Shown here: piece after piece, positions 1 through 14,124 of the stretch
Layout of the letters: every line of letters starts with the position of its first letter
How positions within the stretch are numbered: position 1 is the first letter of the stretch
Source: Mobula hypostoma
Taxonomy: Eukaryota
NCBI RefSeq assembly: GCF_963921235.1
Contig: NC_086097.1
Location: forward strand, 76,634,001-76,698,000
Length of the DNA: 64,000 nucleotides
Direction: 5' to 3'
Notes under the pieces: model-generated
Told to the model about the DNA's origin: nothing
Database searches by the model: none
The model's input: only the letters and a program-made list of their open reading frames with translations
Made by a program: the position numbers and the translations under genes

Positions 1-230
1 CTCATTTTTCCTTCTAAAGATACTCATCGTCTGTACAAACAGAATCCTGCTGACCACAACAAATGCCAAGGGAAAACATTTGCAGATTTGATGCATGGAA
101 CAGAAGACACTGCAGTAAGCATGTTAACTATTTATTTACAAGACAAACAGTGAAACACTCAACCAAATATCAAAGTCAAAAAAGTACTTATCCAAGTCCC
201 TTATGTTACAAGACTATGATACTGGACCTT

Positions 231-2912
231 CATAGAACACAGAACATAGAATAGTACAGCACAGTACAGGCCCTTCAGCCCACAATGTTGTGCCGACTCT
301 TAAACCCTGCCTCCTATATAACCCCCCCCCACCTTAAATTCCTCCATATACCTGTCTAGTAGTCTCTTAAATTTCACTGGTGTATCTGCCTCCACCACTG
401 ACTCAGGCAGTGCATTCCACGCACCAACCACTCTCTGAGTAAAAAAACCTTCCTCTAATATCCCCCTTGAACTTCCCACCCCTTACCTTAAAGCCATGTC
501 CTCTTGTATTGAGCAGTGGTGCCCTGGGGAAGAGGCGCTGGCTGTCCACTCTATCTATTCCTCTTAATATCTTGTCTACCTCTATCATGTCTCCTCTCAC
601 TTCCTTCTCTTCAAAGAGTAAAGCCCGAGCTCCCGTAATCTCTGATTATAATGCATATTCTCTAAACTAGGTAGCATCATGGTAAATCTCCTCTGTACCC
701 TTTCCAGTGCTTCCACACCCTTCCTATAGTGAGATGACCAGAACTGGACACAGTACTCCAAATGTGGCCTGACCAGAGTTTTATAGAGCTACATTATTAC
801 ATCGCGACTCTTAAACTCTATCCCTCGACTTATGAAAGCTAACACCCCATAAGCTTTCTTAACTACCCTATCTACCTGTGAGGTAACTTTAGGGAATCTG
901 TGGACATGTACCCCCTGATCCCTCTGCTCCTCCACACTACCAAGTATCCTGCCATTTACTTTGTACTCTGCCTTGGAGTTTTTCCTTCCAAGGTGTACCA
1001 CCTCACACTTCTCTGGGTTGAACTCCATCTGCCACTTCTCAGCCCACTTCTGCATCCTATCAATGTCTCTCTGCAATCTTTGACATTCCTCTACACTATC
1101 TACAACACCACCAACCTTTGTGTCGTCTGCAAACTTGCCAACCCACCCTTCTACCCCCACATCCAGGTCGTTAATAAAAATCACGAAAAGTAGAGGTCCC
1201 AGAACAGATCTTTGTGGGACACCACTAGTCACAATCCTCCAATCTGAATGTACTCCCTCCACCACCACCCTCTGCCTTCTGCAGGCAAACCAATTCTGAA
1301 TCCACCTGGCTAAATTTCCCTGGATCCCATGCCTTCTGACTTTCTGAACAATCCTACCATGTGGAACCTTGTCAAATGCCTTACTAAAATCCATGTAGAT
1401 CACATCCACTGCACTACCCTCATCTATATGCCTGGTGACCTCCTCAAAGAACTCTATCAGGCTTGTTAGACATGATCTGCCCTTCACAAAGCTATACTGA
1501 CTGTCCCTGATCAGACCATGATTCTCTAAATGCCCATAAATCCTATTTCTAAGAATCTTTTCCAACAGCTTTCCCACCACAGACGTAAGGCTCACTGGTC
1601 TATAATTACCCAGACTATCCCTACTACCTTTTCTGAACAAAGGGACAACATTTGCCTCCCTCCAATCCTCTGGTACCATTCCCATAGACAACGAGGACAT
1701 AAAGATTCTAGCCAGAGGCTCAGCAGTCTCTTTCCTCGCCTCGTGGAGCAGCCTGGGGAATATTCCATCAGGCCCCGGGTACTTATCTGTCCTAATGTAT
1801 TTTAACAAATCTAATACCTCCTCTCCCTTAATAACAACATGCTCCAGAACATCAACCTGACTCATATTGTCCTCACCATCATCAAGTTCCCTCTCATTGG
1901 TGAATACCAATGAGAAGTATTCATTGAGGACCTCGCTCACTTCCACAGCCTCCAGGCACATCTACCCACCTTTATCTCTAATCGGTCCTACCTTCACTCC
2001 TGTCATCCTTTTGTTCTTCATATAATTGAAGAATGCTTTGGGGTTTTCCTTTACCCTACTCGCCAAGGCCTTCTCATGCCTCCTTCTTGCTCTCCTCAGC
2101 CCCTTCTTAAGCTTCTTTCTTGCTACCCTATATTCCTCAATAGACCCATCTCATCCTTGCTTCCTAAACCTCATGTATGCTGCCTTCTTCCACCTGACTA
2201 GATTCTCCACCTCACTTGTCACCCATGGTTCCTTCACCCTACCATTCTTTATCTTCCTCACTGGGACAAATTTATCCCTAACACCCTGCAAGAGATCTCT
2301 AAACATCGACCACATGTCCATAGTACATTTCCCTGCAAAAACATCATCCCAATTCACACCTGCAAGTTCTAGCCTTATAACCTCATAATTTGCCCTTCCC
2401 CAATTAAAAATTTTCCTGTCCTCTCTGATTCTATCCTTTTCCATGATAATGCTAAAGGCCAGGGGGTGGTGGTCACTGTCCCCCAGTTGCTCACCCACTG
2501 AGAGATCTGTGACCTGACCCGATTTGTTACCTAATACTAGATCTAGTATGGCATTCCCCCTAGTCGGCCTGTCAACATACTGTGACAGGAATCCATCCCG
2601 GACACACTTAACAAACTCTGCCCTGTCCAAACCCTTGGAACTAATCAGGTGCCAATCAATATTAGGGAAGTTAAAGTCACCCATGATAACAACCCTGTTA
2701 TTTTTGCACCTTTCCAAAATCTGCCTTCCAATCTGCTCCTTGGTATCTCTGCTGCTACCAGGGGGCCTATAGAATACTCCCAATAGAGTAACTGCTCCCT
2801 TCCTGTTCCTGACTTCTACCCATACTGACTGAAAAGAGGATCCTGCTACATTACCCACCCTATCTGTAGCTGTAATAGTATCCCTGACCAGTAATGCCAC
2901 TCCTCCTCCTCA
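231..2912 (-). mobile_element. CR1 LINE, 5'-truncated, ORF2 (APE endonuclease + RT) disrupted
   Basis: ORF 2151-2900 (GDFNFP, SDH) and ORF 789-1961 ([22 protein letters not shown]) are in the same frame with stops; 3' tail reads catagaa repeats on +. Confidence 0.95.
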
Positions 2913-3184
2913 TTAACCCTTAAAGCTAAACACTGTTGCAGATCCTTGGCTGAACTGAATGCCTGAAGTGGCAAGACAAAGCAGACACTAAACATACACA
3001 TACTGTAGTGGCAAATACCTAAAGTGTGCTCCTGGGTCTACAGCATTGTTTACCATTTTGACAGTACCCTCATCTACTTGGTCCACAGTGACACAAAAGG
3101 AAAAAGAGACTGCATGGTTACTGCGTGCTGGATTTAAACCACATTGCTTCCAGCAACTCCAGACATTGCTGTCCTGCTGTCATC

Positions 3185-3420
3185 CCTGATAGGGTACCCC
3201 TTCCAATCAACTTTGGCTAGTTCCTCTCTCATACCTCAGTAATTCACTGCTCCACTGTATTATTAATACATCTGACTTTATCTTCGTCATATCAAACTGC
3301 AGGATAATTTCCTGCATATTTAGATCACTTCTTCCTAGGGGTTCCTTTACCTTAAGCTCCCTAATGAAAACTGGTTCATTACTCAACAGCCATCCAGCAT
3401 TGTGTTGATCATTCATTAAC
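3185..3420 (-). mobile_element. CR1 fragment (end of endonuclease domain)
   Basis: ORF 3207-3422 IRELKVKEPLGRSD resembles the CR1 copy at 40405-40725. Confidence 0.75.
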
Positions 3421-4224
3421 AAAACTAGGTTAGGAAACTCACTACATAACTCTTAATTAATCAAAGTTTGCACTTTAATGTCTCTGCACAAACAACAATT
3501 TAACTTTGTTGACCTCAGGTCATCAACTTAAAACATAAATTCTACTGTCTCCTCTGTACCAATACTCACCCAGACCACTTTTCCCATTGATATCACTGAA
3601 ATAGAGGATCGCCCATGGCTAGATGATCAACTTTCCTCTCCCAGCCCCTGGCATGGGGTTTCTTCCTTGTGATGGTGAATCTCTGAAGCCTCTGCTTTTA
3701 TATTCATCCCCTACCAGTTCACATGTTGCATTTCAGTGTTATTGGCTATAGGGTCATCTGACTGATCTATAACACCTTCTTATTAGCTCTGGTCTAAGCC
3801 AGCATCCATTTAGTGCTCCCTTCTGAAAGTGACAACTGGTAATTTATGGCTTTTTGTTTTAAATCTGTTACCAAACCAGGACCAGGTTGAATCACTCAGG
3901 GCAGACGCAGACCCAACCATTTACAAGCCTGCATGTTATATCTAACAAAAAAAACACCTCACAAATAATTTCTTATTTGAAGATGATTCCTAGTTCAGCA
4001 GATTACCTGACATATCATTGTGTCTACTTTAAAGCACTGTCTGAGCCAGACAACGCCAGTTCAGAAAAAGAAGGATGCAGAGCAGATTCGCAAGATGGCA
4101 GCCTCCATTCCTTCGACCTTCTGGCAAGAACAAAGACAATCTGTTTTGTCTGCTTCCACTGTCCTTGACCCTTTCGAGTTTGACGTTTTCAACCATATTT
4201 TAATTCCTCCATGGCCAGCAATTA

Positions 4225-4555
4225 TCTTTCCCTTAGCGGGCTCAACTACAAGCTGCTCTAAAAAGCCTTCACGTAGGCATTCTACAAAACCTCCCTCTTG
4301 GGATCTAGACCTGATTTTCCTAATCTACCTGTATATTGAAATCCTGCTTGACTATCATAATGTTTCCCTTTTTACATGCCTTTTCTATCTCCCAGTGTAA
4401 TTTGTAGCTCACACCCTGGGGACCTGTATATTAATCGCATCAGGGTCTTTTTATACTTGCAGTTTCTTAACACTATGCACAAGGATTCTACATTTTCCAG
4501 TCCTATGTCACCTCTTTCTAAGGATATGGTTTCATTTTTTACTAACAGAGCCATC
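4225..4555 (-). mobile_element. CR1 endonuclease fragment
   Basis: ORF 4372-4554 MALLVKNE...ESL..LRN; similar to 40750-41090. Confidence 0.75.
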
Positions 4556-4561
4556 TTACCC

Positions 4562-6660
4562 TGGGATCAAGCAGCATCTGGGGAAGTGAATAGACAGTCG
4601 ACATTTCATGCTGATACACTTCTTCAGGACTGAGAAGGAAGGGAGAAGATGCCAGAATAAAAAGCCAGGGGAGGGGAAGGAAGCTGCTAGGTGAAGCCAG
4701 GTGGATTGGAAAGGTAAAGGGCTGGAGAAGAAGGAATCGGATAGGAGAGGAGAGTGGACCATCGGAGAAAGGGAAGGAGGAGGGGACCCAAAGGGATATA
4801 ATAGACAGAATAGACAGGTGAGAAGAGGTAAAATGTCAGAGTTGGGAATAGAGGAAGTGTGGGGGGGGGGGTGAAATTTGTTAACTGGAAGGAGAAACCG
4901 ATATTCATGTCTTCAGGTTTGAGGCAACTTAGACAGAGTATAAGGTGTTGCTCCTCCACTCTGAGGATGGCTTCATCTTGGCACAAAAAGAGGCCATGGA
5001 CCAACATTTTGGAATAGGAATGGGAAATGAAATGTTTGGCAACTGGAAGTCCCACTTGTGGCGGAAGGGGTGTGGGTGTTTGATAAAGTGGTTCCTCCAG
5101 TTTATGAAAGGTCTCACCAAGGTAGAGGAGGCTGCATTAGGAGCACCAGACACAATAGACGACCCCAGCAGATTTGCAGGTGGAGTGTTGCCTCACCAGG
5201 AAGAACTGCCTGGGGCCCTGAATGGAATTGAGGGTGGAGGTCTATGGACAGGCGTAGCACTTAGGCCACTCACAAGGCTGAGTCCTGGGAGGAAGGTTAG
5301 TGTGGAGGGATGAATAGACAAAGGAATTGCAGAGGGAGCAATCACTGCAGAAAGCAGAAGTGGGGAGGGTGGTGGAGATAAAGGTATGTTTCGTGGTAAG
5401 ATTCCTTTGGAAATGGCATAGGTTGCAGAGGATAATGTGATGCAGAGGCTGATGGGTTGGTAGTTAAGGACAAGAGGAACTCTCTCACTGTTAAGACAGT
5501 GAGAAGGTTGGGGGAGCACAGATGCTAGGGAATGGAGTTTATGTGGGTGGGGGCAGCATCAATAGTGCAACCCCATTCTTTATAGAAGGAGAAAATCTCT
5601 GATGTCCTGGAAAGGAAAGCTGTGCCATGGAAACATGCAGTAGAGGTGAATAAACTGAGAAAAGGGAATAGCATTTTTACAGGAGGTAGTGTGAGTAGGG
5701 GTATAGTCGAGTTAACTGTGGGAATCAGTAGGCTTATAAAAGATGTTGCTTGACAGTTTGTCTCCAGAGATGGAAACAGAGAGATTGAGAAGGGGGAGGG
5801 ATGTGTCAGGGATGGACCAAAGGAAGTTAAGGGGAGGGTGGAAGTTAGAGGCAATGTTGATAAAATTGATGAGCTCAGCATGGGTGCATGAAGCAGCACT
5901 GATGCAAAGGTCAATGTAGTGGAGGAAGATTTGGGGAGTATAACCGGGGAAGGCCTTGAGCACGGACTGTTCTACGTAGCCACTGAAGAGGCAGGCATAG
6001 CTGTGGCCCATGTGAGTCCCCATGGCAACCCCTCAAGTTTGGAGAATGTTGGAGGAGCAAAGGAAAAAAAAATTGGTCAGGGTGAGGACCAATTCTACCA
6101 GATGGAGGAGGATTTTGGTGGAGGGAAATTTGTTGGTTCTTTTGTCAAGAAAGAAATGTACAGCTTTGAGTCCTTCTTGATACAGAATAGAAGTGTATAG
6201 GGACTGAACAACAGGGTGAAAATGAGGTGGTCAGGGCCAAGGAATTGAAAGTTACTGAGGAGATCGAAGGCATGAAAAATGTTGGCGATATAGGTGGGAA
6301 GGTACTAAACCAAGGGGGACAGACTGGAATCGAGATATGAGGACACGAGTTCAGTGGGGCATGAGCAGGCAGAGACGAAAGGCCTAACTGGACAATTAGG
6401 ATTGTAGGAGGTAGAAGCGAGCAGTGCGGGATAAGGAAACTATGAGTTTGGTGGCAGTGGAAGGGAGGGAGTTCTCCAGAGTAGATGAGGTCAGTGATGG
6501 TGTCAAAGACATTTTTCTGATGGTCTAGAGTGGGGCCCTCTTCGAGGGGTAAGTATGAAGCGGTGTCTGAGAGTTGCTGCCTGGCCTTGGCAAAGTAGAG
6601 GTCAGTGTGCCACTTTGCAACAACACCCTTTTTGTCTGTGGGCTTGATGGTAAGGTTGTG
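4562..6660 (-). mobile_element. Penelope-like retroelement, degenerate RT + C-terminal GIY-YIG endonuclease (Neptune/Nematis-like), with pLTR
   Basis: Minus-strand remnants IKPTDK, MGTHMGHSYACLF, YID, FYKPTDSHS, Cys linker CEWPKCYAC, GVVYC...YLGET and EEQHLI. Degenerate hammerhead motif at 4595-4632. Confidence 0.88.
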
Positions 6661-8410
6661 TATTGCAGGCTGTTTTCACTGTTTAGCATGCAAGCATTCC
6701 TGTTTTGCAGTTTTGTAGTTCAAGAGAAGTGAGAGGATTGCTACATGGCTGTACTGAAGGAAAGCAATAATAATTTTGTAAGGATGGTGATAAGGATTAT
6801 GCAAATGTTAGTGCATTGGGAATGGGAAGAATGTGAAGCACCCTTCAATGAAATGTAATTAGAGAATACTGACAGCTAAGGACACTTATGATTGTTGTTA
6901 CTTCCACTCTTCCCCTTTGTACTAGTTCTCTTCTTTGTGGGCTCCAATTCAGTAGTAATGCTAACTCTTCAGGTGGTTGATACGACCTAATGCAAAGTTA
7001 CAAAGCATGAGACAGGTAACCAAATCCAAATTCCAGCTGAGGTGGGAACATGCAAAAGAATGTGAATTTAGCTCAAGTTATTTTCGAACAAGGGGAAGTT
7101 AGCAATGCATGCACAGCCTCATTCTCTCTTTGCCTTCTGCTCTTTTCATTTGTGAGAGAGATTTATCTATTTCTTCTAGTGTAGATAGCTCCATTGACAT
7201 CCTTACACAAATGAAATCTATCAAACAAGAGGTGTTGATGTAACTTTCTACAGCTCTGGTAAGAGCCAATAGCATAAATGCTAATGCCCACGGTGACTTT
7301 GTGTTTAGCCAGACAGTGTAGGACTGTTGTGCAGATGATAGTGCTGTTTCTCAGCACTATCATTCAAAGATCTGGGTTCACTTCATTCATCTAGACTCCA
7401 CTTTTTTGGAAGAAGAAACACACTACATAAAAACATCCAACAATATTGAACCCAGTTGTTACAGGATGTGCCCTTACTTTTATGCAAGCTCATTCATCAT
7501 TGAAATTTTATTTAAATACTAATTAGTAACTCAAATGGCTTCGGACCCTAATCTGTGCAATAGCTTCTTTGAATGTGGTTAGTACATTCTTAGACTAAAA
7601 TGAGCCCTTTGAATGACGAGACCCCTGTTTTGAAACTGTTTTGAAGCCATAGTACGACCAAATTTCAATGACATAGTTCCTGTTTTGGTTGTTGATTGCC
7701 AGTTTGAAAGCAAGTAAATAATCTGCTAATAATGATTGGGACATGTTCCAGAATTACATCAACTATCATTGAGTTTTGCCCAACTATCCTGCTTGTGAGC
7801 AAAATCATGAGTTAATAACACCATTAATTTGTACCATAAACAAAATTCTTTGACCTAGTTCATTTAAAAAGCGATATCAATTGGGGGCAAAAAAGCTTTG
7901 TGTTGGCTGCATTATGGGATAAAGTATCCTCAGTGTTTTTGAGGAAGCAGTTTACAGAGTAATACTTAAAGGAAATCTTAACCTAAAATATAGTAGCATG
8001 TAAGTATTGATTGCATGCATCATGGTTCCATAATTAAAACTTTGTTAATAGAAGCAGAATGCCGCTTTTTCTTCCTATTATTTTAATCCAAAACCCCTCA
8101 TAAAAATTCAAGGAAAACATTACAGCAAACACAACTTCAAATGTTTTATCCCCAATAGATACAATATGTTCACAAAAAATCCATTATTTTACTTAGAACA
8201 TAAGCTTCTTCTGAGACCCAGGTAGAAATATATCTTGGATTTTACTTTACTGTTCTATATAATCTTAAACTGAGCCCAAAAACAGATTAAAGTCTTTTTC
8301 CACTCTGTCCCATGAACTGTCTCCTCAACTTTAGCAATACAAATTGTGAAAGCTGGAAGCCTGATGGCTAAAGAGAAAGTAATTGAAACACTCTATATTG
8401 GTTAACATCA

Positions 8411-8828
8411 TCCAGAGGACCACAACTTTGTCATAGTTTGAATGCTTGCATGCCTGAATGACCTGGAGAGCTATGTTGGCTGGAGTCAGGACTTTATGCT
8501 TTGGCTCTTAGTAGGGTCACCCTTGCCAAACAGGTCAAAGGATATAGGACAAGCTAAGAGTACCCCACTGGTCCTCCAGATTCTTGGGGTTCAGCTTGGG
8601 CTAACAATTCTGACTGGTAAAACAAAATTGTTATGGAAACGGCAATGAAGAATCCTTATACATCTGAGTGCAACAGTATTCCTGTGTCTCCACTCGGGAC
8701 TTGTATGACTGACAGTAGTGAAAAATCGAGAGGAAGCTACCATCATGATGAGGAATCCCTGAACACCACCAGAGATGGAGGACCTTCATTGCTGCCCTAA
8801 ATGCCAGTGATGTAACAGGCAGTAAGTA
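8411..8828 (+). mobile_element. Non-autonomous RTE-derived short element (5'UTR + 3' end), copy A
   Basis: About 420-bp non-coding repeat also present at 26790, 27105 and 33857. Its 5' part resembles RTE/Expander/BovB 5'UTRs (ttgtc...gagctatg...gggtcaccc...caggtca); ends in cagtaagta. Confidence 0.7.
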
Positions 8829-9199
8829 TATTAGTTAATATGGAAAGAGCAGAAATTTTGTAATTCTGGTTGCAGAGGATGTCTGCGTGTCCTGTTAGTT
8901 TATCTATTTTCTCCACAGATGCTGTTTGACTGGGTGAGCCTTTCTCAAGGAAAATAAATCAGACGCCACAGTAATGAACTTCCTTTATCATTTATCAATA
9001 ATGTGATGTTTATGGGAGAAGTTTAGTTTGTATTTTAAAGCATTTTGATATTCCTCCCCATTCTGACTTCACACCACCTTTGCAACACTGGAATCTTCTA
9101 TATTTGGTCATAGGTATGTGAAGCAACTTTGCATGACACTGCAGCTATGCAACATATGCAGCACTATTAATTGGAGCTTACACATTTTTAAAGTAGTTT

Positions 9200-11260
9200 C
9201 TGATCTGAACAGAAAATTATCCTGACTACTTCCTTACCCTCAATGTTTTCACTTCTTAATAAATTTAGCCAACTTTCTGGTTGTAAACTTAATTTACATA
9301 AGAGTGAACTCTTTCCAATCAACAGAGAAGCACAAGCTTTAGTATTCCATGACCTCCCTTTTAAATTAGTTAACAATCAATTCACTTATCTTGGTATTAC
9401 GGTAACAAGGAAATTTATAAATCTTTTCTGAGGAAATTTTACCAATCTTCTAAACTCTGCAAAACAGAGTTTGACACAGTGGTCACCCTTGTCTATGTCT
9501 CTTGTAGGTCGTATTAATGTTATTAAAATGTATATCCTTCCTAAATTTTTGTATCTGTTTCAGTCTTTACCAATTTTTATTTCTAAGGCTTTTTTCCAGG
9601 GGTTAGATTCTATTATTTCATCTTATCTATGGAAGGGTAAACGTCCTAGACTTAATAAAGCTCATCTTCAAAAATCTAAAAAGGAAGGTGGTATGGCCTT
9701 GCCTAATTTTCATTTATATTATTGGGCAGCCAATATTCATTGTCTTATTTTCTGGTCTTTCTTCCATCATAAGTCTGACTGCCCAAAATGGGCTGCAATG
9801 GAGTTGAACTCTACTAAGGATCTTTCAATTTCTGCACTTCTTGAATCCGCACTTCCTTGTCATTTGCCTAGACTTATTGTTAATCCTTTTATTAGTCATA
9901 CTTTAAGAATATGGGCTCAGTTCAGAAAATGTAATGGTCTTCATGGTTTTTCCCTCTGTAGCCCTATTTTACACAATCATCTTTTCCTACTTTCTATGCG
10001 GGATTCAACATTTTATGACTGGCATAGAAAAGGTATTAGGCGCTTCGAAGATCTTTTCATAGATAATCGTTTTGCAACTCTTCAACAATTGTCTGTAAAG
10101 TTTAATCTACCTAATACTCATTTTTTTAGATATCTTCAAATTAGACATTTTATTAACCCTTTGATACCAAACTTTCCTGAGATGCCTGAGGAAAAATGTT
10201 CTGGATTTGTTTCTTTGTATCAATCCATTGGGTAAAGGTTTAATATCTGCTATTCAGGATAAGTTAGTGATTTTGAGGCATGCCCCTTTCGATAAATTCA
10301 GAACTGCCTGGGAACAAGATCTAAATATCTCCTTATCTGATGCGGTTTGGGATTTAATTTTTAAGTCAGTCAACTCAACCTCTCTATGTGCTCGCCACAG
10401 CCTTTTGCAGTTTAAGGTTGTACACAGGACTCACATGTCTAAAACTAAATTATCGCAGTTTTACCCTGACATTCGTCCTGTCTGTGATAAGTGTAAAGGG
10501 GCTGAGGCTTCCCTTATTCATATGTATTGGACCTGTCCTAGTCTAGAGAAATTCTGGAAAGAGGATTTTTCAACCCTATCTCCATATTCTTAATTGCCAT
10601 TTAGAACCTAACTCCCTGGTTGCTCTTTTTGGCACCTTGGGTGATGTAAATTTGCACTTGAGTCCGACTAAATGCCGAACATTATCTTTTGTCTCTCTCT
10701 TGGCTAGACGGTTGGTTCTTCTTAGGTGGAAAGATGCTGCCCCACCTACCCACGCTCAATGGCTTAGTGATATTATGGTCTGTTTAGACCTCAAAGATTA
10801 ATTATTCACTTTTCAATTTGGACATAAAGTTTCATAAGGTGTAGGTACCTTTTCTTGAATATTTTCATAATTCTTCTTTGGGTGGAGTTTATCATTTTTG
10901 TACGCTACAATCCCTTACTTTCCGCTTTTTTTTGTAAGTTATACATTTTTTTTTGTTGTGAATTACATTATACTTTTGGTAGTCGGCATTATACTTTCTT
11001 TTTTCCTATATATATTTACATTTCTCTGGGGTTGTATGCTCCAATTGATTATTCTTTCTTTTATATGCAAAATGGTTGGTCTGTTTTTTTTTCAGTGGGA
11101 GGTTGGGGTGGATACTAATTTTACATAATTCTCTTTTGGGTGCTTTTCTTATTGTTAAAAATTACATATTGGATTTGTTTGATTCGCACTGTATAAATCT
11201 CCATTTTGTTGTTGGGTTTTCTCTTTGTAGTTTCTTGTAAAAATGCATAAAAAATTATTT
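9200..11260 (+). mobile_element. L1/Tx1-clade LINE, 3' part of ORF2 plus T-rich 3'UTR
   Basis: ORFs 9243, 9471 and 10207: SGCKLNLHKSE, FTYLGI, SLVGRINVIKM..LPKFLYLFQ, GGMALPN, C-terminal CDKC...HMYWTC knuckle. Confidence 0.9.
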
Positions 11261-11877
11261 GCACTTCTTTGATTTTTAATTGAGTTTCAGCAGCTGACAG
11301 ATCTAACAATATGCATCACTTATTGCCAATGTTACACATCAACGCAAAAAGCTTATGCTCAGTTTGTAAGATAACTTAAACTTCATTGGGGTTAAAGATA
11401 AAGCAGACACCATACTGAGACCCGTTTGTAGCAAGAGGTCTGCCTGACCCAATGCTACATGACATTTTGTGTGCTAAAGGTCAAAGGACAATTACATATT
11501 TACAATGAATCCGCAGTACTTTCTATAAACTACACACAAACTTCACAACTCCCACTTCGCACCCACACCACAGACATCTAAATGAATTTTAATCAGCATT
11601 TTCTGTGATACGTGGTTTTCAGGAACCCATTGTTCGGAGCTGCACTTTAATCTTAATCTAAAATCTATATTCAGATTTGAAAATTTGTGGCTGAAGTTAT
11701 TTACTCTGTTCTAACCCCAAATATGCCCTAACAATACCTAAGATAGTAAGCTGTATTGCACAGTCTACAGCACAACAACTAGTTATTCAGTCCAGTTGGT
11801 CTTTACTGACATTGATGTTTCATATGATCCTTGTCCCACCCTACTACATTCAAGCACATAATTGTATTTTTTTTTAA

Positions 11878-12235
11878 AGTGTATAAGATAATAAGAGACA
11901 TTGATCATGTGGATAGTCAGATGCTTTCCCCCAGGACCGAAATGGCTAGCACGAGAAGGCACAGTTTTAAAGTGCTTAGAAGTAGGTACAGAGGAGATGT
12001 CAGGGGTAAGCTTTTTTTATGCAGAGAGGGGTGAGTGCCTGGAATGGGCTGCCAGCAATGGTGGTGGAGGCAGATATAGTAGAATTTTTTAAGAGACTGC
12101 TGGATAGGTACATGGAGCTTAGAAAAATAGAGGGCTATGGGTAACCCTCAGTAATTTCTAAAATACATGTTTGACACAGCATTGTGGGCCAAAGGACCTG
12201 TATTCTGCTGTAGATTTTCTGTGTTTCTATTTTTC
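11878..12235 (+). mobile_element. CR1 3' fragment
   Basis: YKIIRDIDHVDSQ..RRHSFKV motif, CR1 3'UTR and tttctat-type tail. Confidence 0.85.
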
Positions 12236-12236
12236 T

Positions 12237-13005
12237 AAACACAAGATTCTTTGGAGGCTGGAAATCCTTTGTAACACCTGAAAAGTGCTGGAGAAACTCA
12301 GCAGGTCAGGAAACTTCTATGGACATAAATAAAGATTTGACATTTTGGGCTGTAACCCTTCTTCAGGACTGAAAAGGAAAGGGGAAGATCCCAGAATATG
12401 AAGGTGGAGGGAGAGGAAGGAGGGCTAGCTAGAAGATGATAGGTGAAGCCAGCTGGGTGGAAAAAGTAAAAAACTGAAGAAGGAGGACTCTGATAGAGTG
12501 GAATAGGACATGGGAGAAAGGAGAGAAGGAGGGGCACCAGGAGCAGGTGATGGGCAAGTGAGGAGAAGAGGTAAGCCAGAGTGGAAAAATAAGAGGAGGA
12601 AATTGAGGGAAAAATTACTGGAAGGAGAAATCAATGTTCATGCCATCAGGTTAAAGTCTACCTTGACAGAATATGAGGAGTTGCTCCTTCACCCTCAGAG
12701 TGGCCTTGTCATATCAAAAGAGGAGGCCATAGACTGACATGTTGCAACAGGAATGCAGATTGGAATTAAAATATAAATTGGCCACCAGGAAATTCTGCTT
12801 TTGGCAGATAGAGGTACTTGACAAGGTGAACCCCCAATTTACGTCAGGTCTTACCAATGTAGAGGAGGTTGAATCTGGAGTATCGGATACAATAGATGAC
12901 CACAACAGAATCACAGGTGAAGTGTTGCTGTTTGGAGTCCTGAATGGAGATGAGGAAGGAAGTGAATGGGCAGGTGTAACACTTCTATCGCTGGCAGCGA
13001 TATGT
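12237..13005 (-). mobile_element. Penelope-like element 3' fragment (GIY-YIG remnant + pLTR)
   Basis: Colinear with 4562-5300; degenerate hammerhead at about 12335-12372 (cagtcctgaagaagggttacagcccaaaatgtc on the minus strand). Confidence 0.85.
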
Positions 13006-13706
13006 GCGCTACTTTTTCTTTTGTGTATTTATCATGCAAGAGAAGGCCACTCGGCCTTTCTGCTCTGCACCAGCATAGAATTCAATCATGACTGAACTGA
13101 TCACTAATCTCAATTCTACACTCCATTTTCTCTGTCCATATCTCGATGTTTTTGTGGCATGAAACATATCCATCTTCTTTAAATTATCCATCACAGGTTC
13201 ATTACTGTCTGAGTGAAGAACTTTCTTCTCAGTCCTGTGTTTCTGGCCCTGCTCCTGAAACTGGAGACTGTGACACTTGGTTTTAGTCACCACGGGTAGG
13301 GGAAAACACCCTTCCCATGTTCAGTTCGACTTGCTTTGTCAGAATTCTCAAAGTTTCAATTAAGTTCCCTTTAATTCCTCTAAGTTCTAGTAAATATAGT
13401 CTACTCTCAGGCTGTGTTTCCACCATCCCAGGAATCAGGCTGTGCTAATCCCCTCAAATGCTTCATCGGGTAGCAAGTTCCATGTTCTTAGTACTGTAGT
13501 TTCTCCTGAATTACTTATTGGATTTTGGAGACCTGACTACGGTTATAGCTTTTGTCTGTGCAGGAAATAGTTAAAAGTTTAACTTTTCTGGAGTCTCAGT
13601 CTCTTCCGTATTTTCTAATGAGTGCTTCCTTTGAATTTTCAGTAATCTGGCCCCGAAGATTCAGGGAGAGGGCATGGAAGATATAAAAGTGCCACAGTGG
13701 TGGTAT

Positions 13707-14124
13707 TGTAAGGAACGGGGTGAACCCAAACGCAGGACACTGTGATGGAGATAGGGTTAGGATGCAGATGAGGGCGTGAGTGTAGCTGGAACCTGACCCG
13801 AAGCATTGCTGGAGTTGAACGGCAAACAGAAAGGCAGGCGGCAGGCAACCCTTATCTTAACACGGAGCGTAGAAAGGCAAGCGGTAGACAATGCTTTTCT
13901 TGACACGGAGAGACACAGTTACCCAGGTAAACCTTGGTACTGAAGTAAAACTTAGAATACACAATCCTAAACGGCGTTTAAGAAACGTTAATTGCTACAC
14001 CGGCTAAACAACGATCTGGCAATGAAGCCGGGGGTTTTATGCTGCAGGTCTTGATGAGAACCACGTGTGCTGCCATCAAAGGGAATTAGGAGAAAATGGG
14101 GAATTAACGGTCGGGACCGTGACA
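13707..14124. mobile_element. Solo LTR-like element (TGT...ACA), Gypsy-like
   Basis: Starts tgtaaggaac, ends cgtgaca, CpG-rich. Shares blocks with the copy at 16906 (gaacccaa..caggacac, cacggagac/agg, cttagaat). No clean TSD. Confidence 0.6.

Noticed and set aside
3887..4400. Possible exon of an upstream gene
   Set aside because: No recognisable protein; it sits between CR1 fragments and partly overlaps one.
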